A stretch of 64,000 nt of DNA from Adineta vaga (lineage: Eukaryota; Animalia; Rotifera). Below are positions 21,877 to 34,093 of this stretch, in pieces. Position 1 is the first letter of the stretch. Each line of letters opens with the position of its first letter. The position numbers and the translations under genes are program-made. The stretch is from NCBI GenBank assembly GCA_021613535.1, contig CP075492.1:14074001-14138000 (forward strand). The letters run 5' to 3'. A model generated the notes under the pieces. The model saw only the letters and a list, made by a program, of their open reading frames with translations, did not search any database and was not told the DNA's origin.

Positions 21877-23873
21877 ATGATGGATGCAAATGATTTTACT
21901 TATTTGGATGAAAATATAACGCCATATCTAAAATGTGGAATATGTAAAAATCCATTCATTGATCCTGTAACTTTATCTTCTTCATGTCAACAAACATTTT
22001 GTCGACAATGTATTGAAACAAATTATGAAACTCATGTTACTAATTGTCATCATTGTCATGGAAAATCTTTATCAAAAGAAGATTTCAAATCCGAAGGTAC
22101 TGTGATCAATCGAATCCTGAATGATTTTGATGTAAAATGTGCTCATTGTTCTCAAGAAAATATTAAACGAGAAAATTTCTCACAACATTTGAAAGAAATT
22201 TGTCCTAAAAGAATTATTTTTTGTTCTGCAAAAGATGTCAATTGTGAATGGAATGGACCATATGATCAATCAGATCAACATATAAATACTTGTCCATATG
22301 AACAACTTCGATCACAGTTAACTGAACTTCTTAATGATAAACAATCTCTTGTTCAGCTACGAAATGATTATGAAAATTTAAAAGAGAAATCCAAACAAAT
22401 TGAAGATGAAAATCAAATGTTAAAGGAAGACGTCAAACAAATGACAATTTTAACTCAACAATTGAATGATCAATCAGTCGAAAATAAGAAACTAGAACAA
22501 GAGATAATTCTTCTCAATCAACAGAAAGACACACTTGAAAAAGAATTTAAATCTATTCAAGAAAAAATGAACAACGCATCTAGTGAACTCGATCAATTAA
22601 ATGAACAAATAAATCGATTAAAACCCTTCGAAAATGAAAATGAACAAATAAAACGTGAAAATCAATCTTTACAAGACAAATATGAAGTTAATCATCTTGA
22701 ATCGATCAAATGTCAAGAATCTTTACAAGAAATAACAAAACAATTAACTGACCAAACAATTCTCAACAACAAATTCAAACTCTTGCGGAAGCAAATCAAG
22801 ATTTAAGAGAAAAATATGAAGCAAATCATCTTGAATTGATCAAATGTCAAGAATCTTTACAAGAAACAACAAAACAATCAATTGATCAAACAAATCTCCA
22901 GCAACAAATTCAAACTCTTGCGGAAGCAAATCAAGATTTAAGAGAAAAATTCGACGAACTTCAACCGATAAAACAAGATTATCAAACTTTATTGCAATGT
23001 TTTCCCACACTTCAAAAAGAAAATGATCATCTCAAACAACAACTCATTCATTTCGATCGTTGTCAAATTGATAATCAACAATTGAAACAAAACCAAATTA
23101 CCTACGAAAGACAACTTGAACAAAATATCATCAAAATTCAACGTTTAGAAATGAAAATAAACAAACCAATATTTCAATTAAATGATAAAAACATTTTCGA
23201 TTTTGAGAACAATTATCGTAATCCTAATCTTGAACAATTCATAGAAAATTGTCAACAAAGCTCCTTATTAAATTTAAATAATGAAAAATTGACTGAAAAT
23301 GATATGCATTTAATTATTTCTTATTATTTAATTACATCACAATATCAATCATTGATTCTATGGAATAATACTTTAACAGAGAAATCATTTATTAAATTCT
23401 TTTCTTCTTTAAGAATGAATAATATCTTAACTGATTTATCGATATCAAAAAATCAATTATCTGATCAAGCAATGAAACATTTATCCGAAGCACTTTCATA
23501 TCATAATTCAACATTGAAACGATTAATTTTGAATGCAAATCAAATAACCGATCAAGGTTTTATTTATTTATCGACTATGTTGAAATCAAATGAAACAATT
23601 CTGGCAATTGGTTTACATGAAAATGATATTACTGATCAATCAATGAAATATTTTTGTCAAGTCTTACGATCCTTTAATAAAACTCTCGAAGAAATAAGTT
23701 TATATTCGAATAAATCAATTACAGATGCAAGTATTGATGATATTAATGATATGTTAACTGCCAATCAATCATTGAAAGTATTATGGATTGATGATTGTCA
23801 ATTTTCTCAACAAGGAAAATTTAAACTTCAACAATCTACTGAAAATAAAACTGATTTTGATTTAAAAATCTAG
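21877..23873 (+). CDS. RING + TRAF-type zinc finger + coiled coil + RI-like LRR protein, with a 1-nt frameshift near 22765
   Basis: CGICKNPFIDPV...C...FCRQC...CHHC RING; HLKEICPKR...C...CEWNG...H...CPY TRAF-type fingers; LRRs such as LKRLILNANQITDQG. The two ORFs are offset by one base inside an internal repeat. Confidence 0.82.
22690..22950 (+). repeat. Coding tandem duplication, 135-bp unit (first copy 134 bp)
   Basis: aatcatcttgaa starts at 22690 and again at 22824 (spacing 134). Copy 1 reads attctc-aacaac, copy 2 aatctccagcaac. Confidence 0.9.
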
Positions 23874-24569
23874 ACAACATCAAGGACTGATACATTCCTA
23901 CCCATATTTCATGTAGTATGCAATAAAATAAAAAGTTTATAAACATACACATCATCTATCTTTCTATGTATAAAAGATGATTTATCTCATAATACGTCAA
24001 TCGTATTGGTTAATTCAGTTTTATCGTTAGTTCATATTTTCTGTCGGTTTGGGGTCTAATAAGATTTAAATAAAGAATATTAGTGAATGATGTTGGTAGC
24101 CAATAATGTAGAGATAAAACTGTGGACATCACTAACGGTAACCAATCCTTTTCCATCTCTCTCTGAACAAAGCATCAAATGAACAGAATGACTCTTTACT
24201 TTATTTCTTTCTTCTTTTCGTGACCTTTCTCTTCTCATTCTTGGATGAACGATTCATTTGATTCAGAAATAAAGTCAAAGTAGCAAGCACCGGTAAGTAA
24301 TAAACCTTTACACTACTATTGTTTTCATCGATGTTATATCGTTCATACTTCTCATGTGTACATTTATATATTTCTTTATTTTGTTTCATACATTCTTTTC
24401 TTATAGTATTATTTTGCCGTAAGATCATAGTCTCTCACATAAGAAGTCATGTATGATTATATAAAATAAAAGAACACTTCAATATCTTTTTGTTTCATCG
24501 GAAGTGCAATACGCATCAATTTTTTACTTTTTAGATATGTTATTGAAATCTTACTCAAATAACAATTAG

Positions 24570-25714
24570 AATCTTAATTATGACAACATTTTTGGCGTCT
24601 TTTGGGCTTTGAGATGTGATTTTCGAGGAAATGATCTTTTCAACGTTCCAAGTCCACCGGAATTATGCGGCGGAAAATGTGATGAAACAGAAGCATGCAC
24701 TCATTTTGCATGGACCAATTGGCAGGGTGGTACATGCTGGATGAAAGCAGATTCAATTTCTAAATCTGATGCTTTTATAAGTGAAGACCCGTCTGCGGTA
24801 TGTGGTGTAAAGGCAAAGGATAACACCACACCTGCTCAACACAGGTAAGAAAATGTTTCTAGTATTATTTATTTTGAGTTGTTCAACTTTCTTCACTGAT
24901 ACTCGAGAACATGTCGGAGTGACTGATTTTGGTCGCATTTCATTTATATCAATATCACATCTAAAATCTATTTTATCGTAGTTCAAGTAAACGAGGTATT
25001 GCATGGCCAATGGAAAATAAAGAAGATAATCCAAATGTTTTTGCTGGTGGAAAAATCTCATGGATTTATAATTGGTCACCATACATGACGAATATTGCTG
25101 GTGCTGAATTTGTTCCCATGCTATGGAGTATTAATAAAGGTCATGATGGAAATCAATTTCTTGATCTAGCAAAAGATGCCAAAGTCGTACTTGGTTTCAA
25201 TGAACCGGAACGTGGAGAGCAAGCGCAGATGAATCCGACGGAAGCAGCACATGCTTGGAAAAAATACATTGAACCACTTAGACAACAAGGTGCTCGACTT
25301 GGTTCACCAGCCATTGCTTCGACTAATGAAGGTTTAAATTGGTTAGAACAATTTCTTCAAGAATTAAATAAAGTTGGCGGACAAATTGATTTTCTTGCTT
25401 TGCATTGGTATGGACGAGGTACTGATAATTTTATCAATTGGATTACACATGTTCGTAGTCAACTGGGTAATAAATATCCTGTCTGGATAACAGAATTTGC
25501 TTGTACATCGTGGAATCCACAACAACCAGTACCCCAAGACGAAGTGTTTGATTTTATGAGACTGGCAAAACTTGATTCACTAGACTGGGTTGAACGCTAT
25601 GCTTGGTTTGGTGCACAACGTCAACTCGATGCTGCACTCGGTTCAGTCAATTGTTTACTTAAAGCAGATGGAAACTTATCTGATTTAGGTCAAAAGTATG
25701 TTCACGATTTCTAA
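24570..25714 (+). CDS. PAN/apple-like module + GH128 endo-beta-1,3-glucanase; 5' end unresolved
   Basis: WALRCDFRGNDL...CGGKCDETEACTHFAWTNWQGGTCWMK (PAN); intron 24845-24981; KRGIAW, WIYNWS, EFVPMLW, LGFNEPE and VWITEFA (two catalytic Glu), VERYAWF. Confidence 0.88.
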
Positions 25715-25864
25715 AATAAAGACAGACATGAATATGAAATGGAACTTTTTTTCACGCATAAATTCTCCTATTTATTAGTAAAAAAAAAGGCAGAAACTGT
25801 ATCGTTTCATGTTCATAAACAATGAATATATAGGAACTGAAAGAACACACACAATAAAATATAA

Positions 25865-26545
25865 TTAAACGACAGGTGTTGTATACTCATCATATTGAAT
25901 TTGATAACCAAGAATAAGTGCAACTGTTTGAAAGATCTGACTAAATATTGTATTAAATATTCTTGGAAGATCACATCGATATATATCATGACCAATTTGA
26001 ACCTGAAGTGTGGCTAGAAGACTTGGACTATCACGTCGAACACCATTTATATTTTCAAAATAAGAATCAGCACTTCTACCGGGTATCATTCCATGATCAT
26101 TATAAAGTGTTATATATACTATCAAATCATCGTCACCTGCACTCCAAAATGTATGACATATACCTTTTGGTATGAATAAATGTTCATTGATTTCTATTGT
26201 ACCATTTGTACCATTTAACATGTAACCTAGTCGACCTTTTCTAACATCGAATCTTTCATTTTGTTTGAGATGATAATGTATCGGTGGAGTACAAGGTCGT
26301 TTCAATGGATGTGCATTTGTTAAAGAATTACCACATGGACCATCGTGTTTGATGGTTTGTTTGATTGTTGAATGTGTATGACTAGTTTCATTTGATCTTA
26401 AAATAAATTCGATAACATCTCCTTCATGATGAGAATTTACTGGAATAATTCGTTGGCCAGCAGTGTAAGTACGTTGTACTTTATCTTGACGAATGTACAC
26501 TAAAACTATTGATAATACAACAAAAATAAGAGCAGCACGTTTCAT
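25865..26545 (-). CDS. Cupin-domain protein with signal/anchor, fungal/microbial type
   Basis: PPIHYHLKQNERFDVRKGRLG...IPKGICHTFW gives the cupin HxHxxQxE and H motifs; intronless. Confidence 0.8.
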   Translation of the reverse strand: MKRAALIFVVLSIVLVYIRQDKVQRTYTAGQRIIPVNSHHEGDVIEFILRSNETSHTHSTIKQTIKHDGPCGNSLTNAHPLKRPCTPPIHYHLKQNERFDVRKGRLGYMLNGTNGTIEINEHLFIPKGICHTFWSAGDDDLIVYITLYNDHGMIPGRSADSYFENINGVRRDSPSLLATLQVQIGHDIYRCDLPRIFNTIFSQIFQTVALILGYQIQYDEYTTPVV

Positions 26546-26828
26546 TTCTTTTCTCTTTCTCTATGCTTATTGCATACGAATATATTTTATACTACGAACA
26601 AACGCACATGGTTGTGTTTTCTTTCTTATCTAAATATATTCATCATATAAACTTCAATGTTTCGTTTCTCTCATATATTAAAAGGGTATAAAGAAAATAC
26701 ATTCGAAAAAGTATTAGAGAAGTTGATTGAAATAGTAACATTTCTTTAACTAACAATCTAATAGAAAATAATACACTTAGTTTATATAGATTGTTCTGAA
26801 AAACTTGTTATGATCATCACTTTTTATA

Positions 26829-27437
26829 TCAACGTTTGTCGTTGGTTAATTTCTCTGTATGATGAATAATTGTTAAAGGCAAGAGAAAAAAAGCATCGGG
26901 TAATTTGTTAGTGAAGATTTTCACATCATATTTATATTTGGTTCCACTACGCCAAAAAGAACGATAACGAAATTGCCCAACTAATTGCTCTGGCGATTCT
27001 TTATAGATTTTGATTGTTTTTATAAATGATCGACTTTTTATAACGAAACGTTCATCGTTCCATCGTAGGTTATAAGTATATGATAAGAAGCTCTTAGAAA
27101 GCGTCATAGTTCCATCAACCCATCTATCTGATTTTGGATCATAAATAGACAGAGAAACATTAAAGATACCATCAATCCATTGACCTTCGACGTTAGCCAT
27201 CATTGTCTTAGCTCGATAATCAAAAAGTGTAATCGTATCAATATCCGATGACGTTGTTCGAATTAAATACAAACGATTTTTTTCTCGTGTATCATAAGCT
27301 GTAAAATCAGTTAAAGGTTTTGGTTTCGGTGGTTTATCTTGGATGACTACAAATGATCGATACACTGTTTCAGATTTAATACATTTAATCGTTAAAATAA
27401 ATAGTAATAATACCAAAGAAAATAACTTCGATTCCAT
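26829..27437 (-). CDS. Secreted protein, possibly LURP-one/tubby C-like beta-barrel
   Basis: Signal peptide; beta-rich with VGQFRYRSFW...YDVKIF...PDAFFLL and a terminal helix, reminiscent of LURP-one. Fold call is tentative. Confidence 0.5.
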   Translation of the reverse strand: MESKLFSLVLLLFILTIKCIKSETVYRSFVVIQDKPPKPKPLTDFTAYDTREKNRLYLIRTTSSDIDTITLFDYRAKTMMANVEGQWIDGIFNVSLSIYDPKSDRWVDGTMTLSKSFLSYTYNLRWNDERFVIKSRSFIKTIKIYKESPEQLVGQFRYRSFWRSGTKYKYDVKIFTNKLPDAFFLLPLTIIHHTEKLTNDKR

Positions 27438-27765
27438 GACAAGAACAACAAAATGCTTATGTACTCGTTATTTTTTTTCCTTGGTTTATATGTTTTATAT
27501 TTGTCAGCACTAAGAAAGATATACTATATCATCAACTGTAAGAGATAACTGTCCTGATGGAAATAAGTAACGTATATTTAATGATAAATAGAATGTCGAC
27601 TTGATCCTTTGTTCATTGTATGCCATGGAAGAAAAAGAAAAAAAGATATTCATAAATGGGGCAAGATTGTGATAATTTGATGAAAGGAGAAAAAGAAAAG
27701 ATAAAAGGAAGAAATAGCACATCGATTAAGTTACATTATAAATTATCTGTCTGTTGGTTTAGTTT

Positions 27766-29282
27766 TTAGAAAATTATTTTAAGTTTTCGATTCAATCTTC
27801 TTATTTCCAATAGATGACTTTCTCCATCATCACCGATTTGATTAAAACGAAGATCCAAAAAGATTAATGTCTATATATTACAGAAATATGTCAATTAAAA
27901 TCTCGAATAAGAATATACGTCTTACTTTATTTTGACGAAGAACATTTGCAAGAGATATTGCTCCTTGATCACCAATTTGATTGCTTTTTAAATATAGGGT
28001 TGTCAGAGTCTATACGAAGAGAATTTCAAAGAGGAAATGAAAAACATCAAAAGAAATAGTTATACTTTATTTTGAACGAGAACATGAGCAAGGTATTCTG
28101 CTCCTTGATCGCTAATTTGATTCTTTTTCAAACTAAGTGTCGTAAGAGTCTGATGTAGATAAAGAGAGATGTTGAGAAAATCAAATGAATAAAAATTACT
28201 TTATTTTGTTGTAATGCTTCAGCGAAATGTCGAACTCCTTCATCAGTAATAGGATTTTGAGCAACATAAAGTGTAGTAAGTGTCTGAGAGAAACGAAGAG
28301 ATTAAACATATAGGTAAGATGAATATGTGTATTACATGATTATTTTGTAAAGCATTAGCAAGATATTGTGCTCCTTGATGACCAATTTGATTTTCTGCGA
28401 GATAAAGTGTAGTGAGTGTCTGTGAAAAGTAATAAAGAAATTGATGAAAAAGAACCTGAATTTGATTAGATATTGTTACGTGATTTTGTTGAAGAGCAGC
28501 AGCAAGATGTTTCACTCCTTGATCAGTGATTTGATTACGTATTAGATTCAATCTGGCCAAAGTCTATGTTAAACAATCATTGAATGATAATAACGAATTG
28601 AAAAAGAATGATTACTTTATTATATCGTAGTGTATCAGCAAAATGTCGAGCTCCTTCATCACCAATTTGATTCAAATGAAGATTTAGTCGTGTTAATGTC
28701 TATATATCGAGAAAAAAATACAAATAAAAATATACAATAATAATACTTGATTTCGTTTTAGTGAATTAGCAAGATATTCAGCTCCTTTCGGACCAATTTT
28801 ATTCAAATGAAGACTCAATTTGAGTAATGTTTGGTTTTGTTCTAAACCATCAGCAATATAACATATTGTTTGATCATCGATTTCATTAATTCCAATATCA
28901 AGTGTAATGATTGTCTGTAAAGGAATAAATCATTAGGAGAATGAAAGATACAAAACTGAAATATTTATACTTTGTTTTGTTTGAGAACATTGCCAAGATT
29001 TATTATCTGTTGTAGACTCAAATTACTGTTACACAATTGAAATGTAGTCAATGCCTATAACATTAAAATATTCAATTTATACTTGCAATTCGTATAGCTA
29101 TATTAAAGTAATGGAAAAAAATCGTATACCTTGTAACGACGATAGTTGTCCATCATTTTATTCATACTTGTACAAACATTTCTCATTGTACAAAGTATCG
29201 TAAAATCATCCAGATAATTTAAAATTCGATAGAAAACATCTATCGGTAATGTATGAAGATTTTGTTTGATTTGATCAGTCAT
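27766..29282 (-). CDS. F-box + RI-like LRR protein, 10 exons, about one LRR per 84-nt exon
   Basis: Mostly missed by the ORF track. Exon 1 MTDQIKQNLHTLPIDVFYRILNYLDDFTILCTMRNVC (F-box). Then 28-aa exons such as TLTRLNLHLNQIGDEGARHFADTLRYNK and TLTTLYLAENQIGHQGAQYLANALQNNH, with ~55-bp phase-0 introns. Stop at 27766. Confidence 0.9.
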
Positions 29283-29673
29283 GTCGATAGAAAGTATTGT
29301 AAAAATTATTCTTTCTAATTGAGGTATTTATATTCATTCTATGACATGAAATTTGTTTTTATGTGATTGTGTAATTACTTGTTAACATGTAAAATTGTGA
29401 ATGGTCGAATGACAATCATGATGAAATACAAACGCTTTATATAGTACAAGACTGATTTATTATTACCTCATTGGATACCATCATTTCTTCTTCAATAATA
29501 AATAATGACAGAATTATTTTCGAGAATATTCCTTCTTCGCGAACAAATCTTGACATTAGCAAAAACATTACAAGTTGTTGAGCAATGACACTATATGTTG
29601 ATAAAGAAGTATAACTATAGTTGTATCAACTAACTATTTAGGCTTCTTTTTTTTCTCGTCGATACAATTTCTA

Positions 29674-31110
29674 ATGGCACAATCTATTAAAAGTACGAAA
29701 CGAAAATTTGATGATATAGAATGTAAATCAGATCCCTTTATCATTCCTTCCATTTGTTATCAACAGATTTTTCAACAATTACCTATAGAATCATTAATAT
29801 CTGCTGCATTAACATGTAAAACATGGTATAATATTCTATCATCCAATTCATTTTGTTTTAACAAAAATACGAAATTAAACTTATCCAATGAACGACAACT
29901 CTTCATTATTTCCAATTCGACTATTCTACGTCATATCAATAAAATTGAAATGGGTACCTATAAACATGGAATAACAATCACACTATTGAGCAATTTTCGA
30001 TTGAATTTTACTTCATTACATACATTAAAATTATGTTCTATTTCTTTAACACTTTCATTTATAACAAATTTATTTCATTCGCTTTCACAAACATTAAAAA
30101 AGTTCATTGTCGCAATATGTTCGAAAATAACTCCACAAATGAATATTGATGCAACAACAACATGTCTTTGTCTTCTATCATCACTGAATCTTCTATCAAA
30201 TTTAACATATTTCTCTCTTCTTGTGAAATCAAATACAAAGATTGAATTGAATATTGAGAAATATTTCAAATGTTTAACAAAATTACAAACACTTATTCTA
30301 CATCAAGATAATTATACATGGAAACGAAGTCGAAATCAACAATTAACATCATTTCAATATCTAACGAATTTGAAACATATCGAATGGTTTGAATTTTCAT
30401 TATCAGATCTTCAAATTTTATCATCACTTTCTTGTAAACCTCCTTTACAATATGTTCATCTTCAAGAAACATTGATAACCAATCAAATTTTACTTTATTT
30501 AAGTCAAATTCCTACAATTACTTCATTGAAATCGCATCGATTTTCTCCTTTAAGAGCACAATTAAATATTAATGGTTTTCATCATCTTCTTTCATTAAAA
30601 GAAACATTGAAAGAATTAGAAATTAGTGTGAAACATCTTCAATATGATGAATTAAATCCAAATGAATCGGATAGCACCGACGATGAATATGAAGTTCATA
30701 TAACTTCAGAACATATCGACATTTTAAAACAATTCCGCAATTTAACAAGTTTATCTTTTAACACCATAAATATTAGCAAAGAGAATATGAATAATTTATT
30801 GATTAGTATGGCTCATTATAAGCAATTAAAAATCTTAGATTTAGATTCCGTTTGTTTTCCATCATTGACGATTTTATCAGAAATGACAAGTCTAGAAGAA
30901 TTATCACTATCATATCTACGGAATGATAATCGAGAAGAATACACTGATGAACATTTGTTGATGTTAGCATCATTGAAAAATTTACGAATATTGGAACTAT
31001 GTTATAGTTTCAATTTATCAAAAGAGTTAAGAAAACAATTGAAAAAAACAACAGATTGGTGTCCAGTTTTCGTAAAATTAGAAGAATTTATTTATAATGG
31101 CGAAGAATGA
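29674..31110 (+). CDS. F-box + LRR protein, intronless
   Basis: IPSICYQQIFQQLPIESLISAALTCKTWY F-box; repeated LxxLxL motifs; KRKF putative NLS. Confidence 0.82.
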   Translation: MAQSIKSTKRKFDDIECKSDPFIIPSICYQQIFQQLPIESLISAALTCKTWYNILSSNSFCFNKNTKLNLSNERQLFIISNSTILRHINKIEMGTYKHGITITLLSNFRLNFTSLHTLKLCSISLTLSFITNLFHSLSQTLKKFIVAICSKITPQMNIDATTTCLCLLSSLNLLSNLTYFSLLVKSNTKIELNIEKYFKCLTKLQTLILHQDNYTWKRSRNQQLTSFQYLTNLKHIEWFEFSLSDLQILSSLSCKPPLQYVHLQETLITNQILLYLSQIPTITSLKSHRFSPLRAQLNINGFHHLLSLKETLKELEISVKHLQYDELNPNESDSTDDEYEVHITSEHIDILKQFRNLTSLSFNTINISKENMNNLLISMAHYKQLKILDLDSVCFPSLTILSEMTSLEELSLSYLRNDNREEYTDEHLLMLASLKNLRILELCYSFNLSKELRKQLKKTTDWCPVFVKLEEFIYNGEE

Positions 31111-31896
31111 AAAACTCGCACTAAACATCTTCTGCTCTCTAATTGTAATAGTTTCTTTCACTATATAGTGTATTTTTCTAATTGATATGATTGCTATTAT
31201 TCAAAATACATTAGTATGAAGTCGTCTGCGATCTTTTGTCGAAGCACTTATGCTGACAGAACAGATAATCTCTCTTCAACATGTTTATCATAAAAAAGAG
31301 AATAATTATCGAAATCTTCAATGACAGTCGAAGATAAACTATGAGCAAATATTCGTCGTATCGCATCTATTGGAACTATAATGAAACAATAAAATTCTTT
31401 AATAAATCATGATATGTTACGGCATTCTAAATATTCGTTGAAAGACTTCTATCGATGATTATTGTGTGTTATGAATATGCTTTTCTATAATGTAATTAGA
31501 TCGTATTAAAACTCGAAAATGTTTGATTGATTGAACAAACTTTGAAAAATCATATATAAAGGTGAAAAAATGAGTTACATATGCTATTTTATTCTGATTA
31601 TTTGATAAAATGTATCTATTTTTTTTTCAATTCATTCAATCTGTTCAACAAGAATAAATGTCACCTTTTTGTCCTTTTTTTTTGCACTTGATCGATCACA
31701 TTCGGAAAAATCTCATTACCATAATACTCTTATGATTTTGTTTTGTTTTAAGAAGAGAAGTATAGATATTACATCATTACTACGTACGTTTTCGTATATT
31801 AATATTTTTTGTGCATATAGAAGACTTATTTATTCATGGTTAAAAAATGAAGGACAACAAAAAACCATGTCTTTTATTCAAAATACAATCAAATTC

Positions 31897-32304
31897 CTAT
31901 GCACATATGACTTGAATGATTGCTTCTAATGGATTATTGTTCGTTCCAGGATACGGAGTGACATTCACAAGAGTCACATTGTACGATTTGCTGCCTACAG
32001 CTATCACAGCATTACTTTTTGGTTGTGCACCAATAATCAATTCTATTGCACTCGAATCTTCTTTGTTGGAAAGAAGTAAATCAACCTTTGCTTGTCCTGC
32101 CCAAACACAAAGTACCTTTATTGGACATCGACCATCTTGAATAGAATTCACCTGTAGTTCTGCGTCACAACATATGTCTGTTTTTTCATTTGCAGAAAGA
32201 GTTACTGTATATGTGACTAACTTCGTTTTTCCACCAATCACACTTGTATCGAAAATAATGAATACAAGGAAAAGTTGAGTTATTAATAAACGTAAATAAA
32301 ACAT
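31897..32304 (-). CDS. Small secreted protein resembling a bacterial DSRCP/CVWAG hypothetical lipoprotein family
   Basis: Signal peptide; IQDGRCPIKVLCVWAGQAKVDL...VTLVNVTPYP; intronless. Confidence 0.7.
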   Translation of the reverse strand: MFYLRLLITQLFLVFIIFDTSVIGGKTKLVTYTVTLSANEKTDICCDAELQVNSIQDGRCPIKVLCVWAGQAKVDLLLSNKEDSSAIELIIGAQPKSNAVIAVGSKSYNVTLVNVTPYPGTNNNPLEAIIQVICA

Positions 32305-32837
32305 GATGAGAATGATTTTATATATAGTTTCACAAGTAGTATAACTTTACACACAATATATACTCGGCATTAAATACCAAACGACGAACAAAAGAAGAAT
32401 GTACATACGTAGATAATATAATTAAGTGACTATTTCGTAATAAGAATGATATACGTGATACATATAGTGAATCATTTGACGTCATTAGAAGAAGAAATGA
32501 GTGAAAAAACGTCGACGCTATTTCGAAAATCAAGATTTATCTTTAAAACGCTTAGGATATTTAAAATTTAATTCACAAATACTTTTCGTCACTTTGGCTT
32601 GTTACTCTATTTGTACTTGGTAATATAATGTACTTGTTGTTTTGAGAAGTCTCATGAAATAGAGTGGTTGCGCAATGGAACAAGATAATTAAGAACCAAC
32701 TAGTTCTAAACATTGACAAAAATCTTTGGAAACTTTCGTGAATAGAAAATCATGTACGGTAACATTATAAAAATATATTTCAGTAGATGATGATTACTAT
32801 GTTATGTTTATACTCTTCCAGTTAATGTTTATGTAGG

Positions 32838-32925
32838 TTAAGCATTTTCTTTTTTGTTTACTCTTCCACCGACTTGGCCATTCGTTTTGAATAGAAATAG
32901 TAAGTGAACATAGTTCGTTTGAATG
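32838..32925 (-). pseudogene. Remnant of a GPCR paralogue with nearly the whole ORF deleted
   Basis: Encodes GQVGGRVNKKENA* (cf. GQIGAGINKNEDV* at the end of 34094-35113). It is fused directly to a copy of that gene's upstream sequence (ttttgaatagaaatagtaagtgaa at ~32885 and ~35146). Confidence 0.8.
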
Positions 32926-34093
32926 ATATACGTAGTTCGAATGAAAATAAGACACTTATTGGCAATAATATCTTTCTGATGAGATGTTGAATTTGTGACA
33001 GATTGAATATTCTAAAAAGATACTGTTCTTGTAAATCCGTATACATACTTTCATTAAAAAATGATCATTACATTTTAAATTTGTTCTGTAATCAATATTC
33101 TGCTTACTTATCAAACTAATTGGCATGGTATAAACGATTTTTAATCTCTTTTTTTATTTGACTGAGCTTTCTTACTCAAGGTTGAAACTGTGTCGATGCA
33201 AAGTATATGTTTTTGAGTTGTATGAAATGAGAACTTAAAATATTCTCCTCATAAAATGTTTCAGAAGAAGTAGTATTCTTAAGAGTAAATCCTTTTCTTT
33301 TTGAAAATCAGCGTCTATGGGATTGTTTTTATAAGTCATTCATCTAAATAATTAACAAATGTCATGAGAGTATAGTTCTGAAAATGACAATTTTTTTCTA
33401 TTCTTTTGTTCCGTAAGATAAGCTGATTCTTTCTAATATCTTTGTCTTGTTCACTGCACAGCTTGTAAAGATTCATGTGCAAATTACTTTTTCAGTTAAT
33501 TGTATAGCATCTTGAGGGTGTGGGTAAAGATGCAGATGAGTGCTCATCTCTTAAGAAATTTTAACGTTTCCTTATTTTCATTTTCTACACTGTTCCTTTC
33601 GACGTCAGTATATGTCTATAATTTTGCTTTTTAGACTTTTTAAGGTTTGACATATTTGGATTTGATATTTTCATTTTCCGCGTTGTTAGGTGGAATCATA
33701 CAATGATGGTCTATTAATATTAGCTGATTGATAATTGTCTATAAAGCTTGATCCGTATATGTATCAAATATTTGAATACAATTAATACCCAATATTTAGT
33801 ACTAAACAACAAGCAAAATAAGAAAAAAAAGGAACGTACATACATATATAACATAGTTAAAGGTAAATATTTGGTAATAAGTAATGATGTATGTGATACA
33901 TATAGTAGATCGTTCGACGTCAAGAGAGAAAGTGTAATGAAATAGAAAAGATGCGGTACATATAACATGGTAGTTACAAACGAAAGAGTTACAAATATTG
34001 ACAAGTTTTGAAATATTTCATGAATAGAAAATCGCTGTGCGATAACATAGTGAAATAACTTAGTTAACCATCAATGATATATGTATCAATACG

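Noticed and set aside
27860-29060. ~140-bp periodic repeats that resemble a CRISPR-like or satellite array
   Set aside because: They are 84-nt LRR exons plus ~55-nt introns of the F-box gene; the repeats are coding and degenerate.
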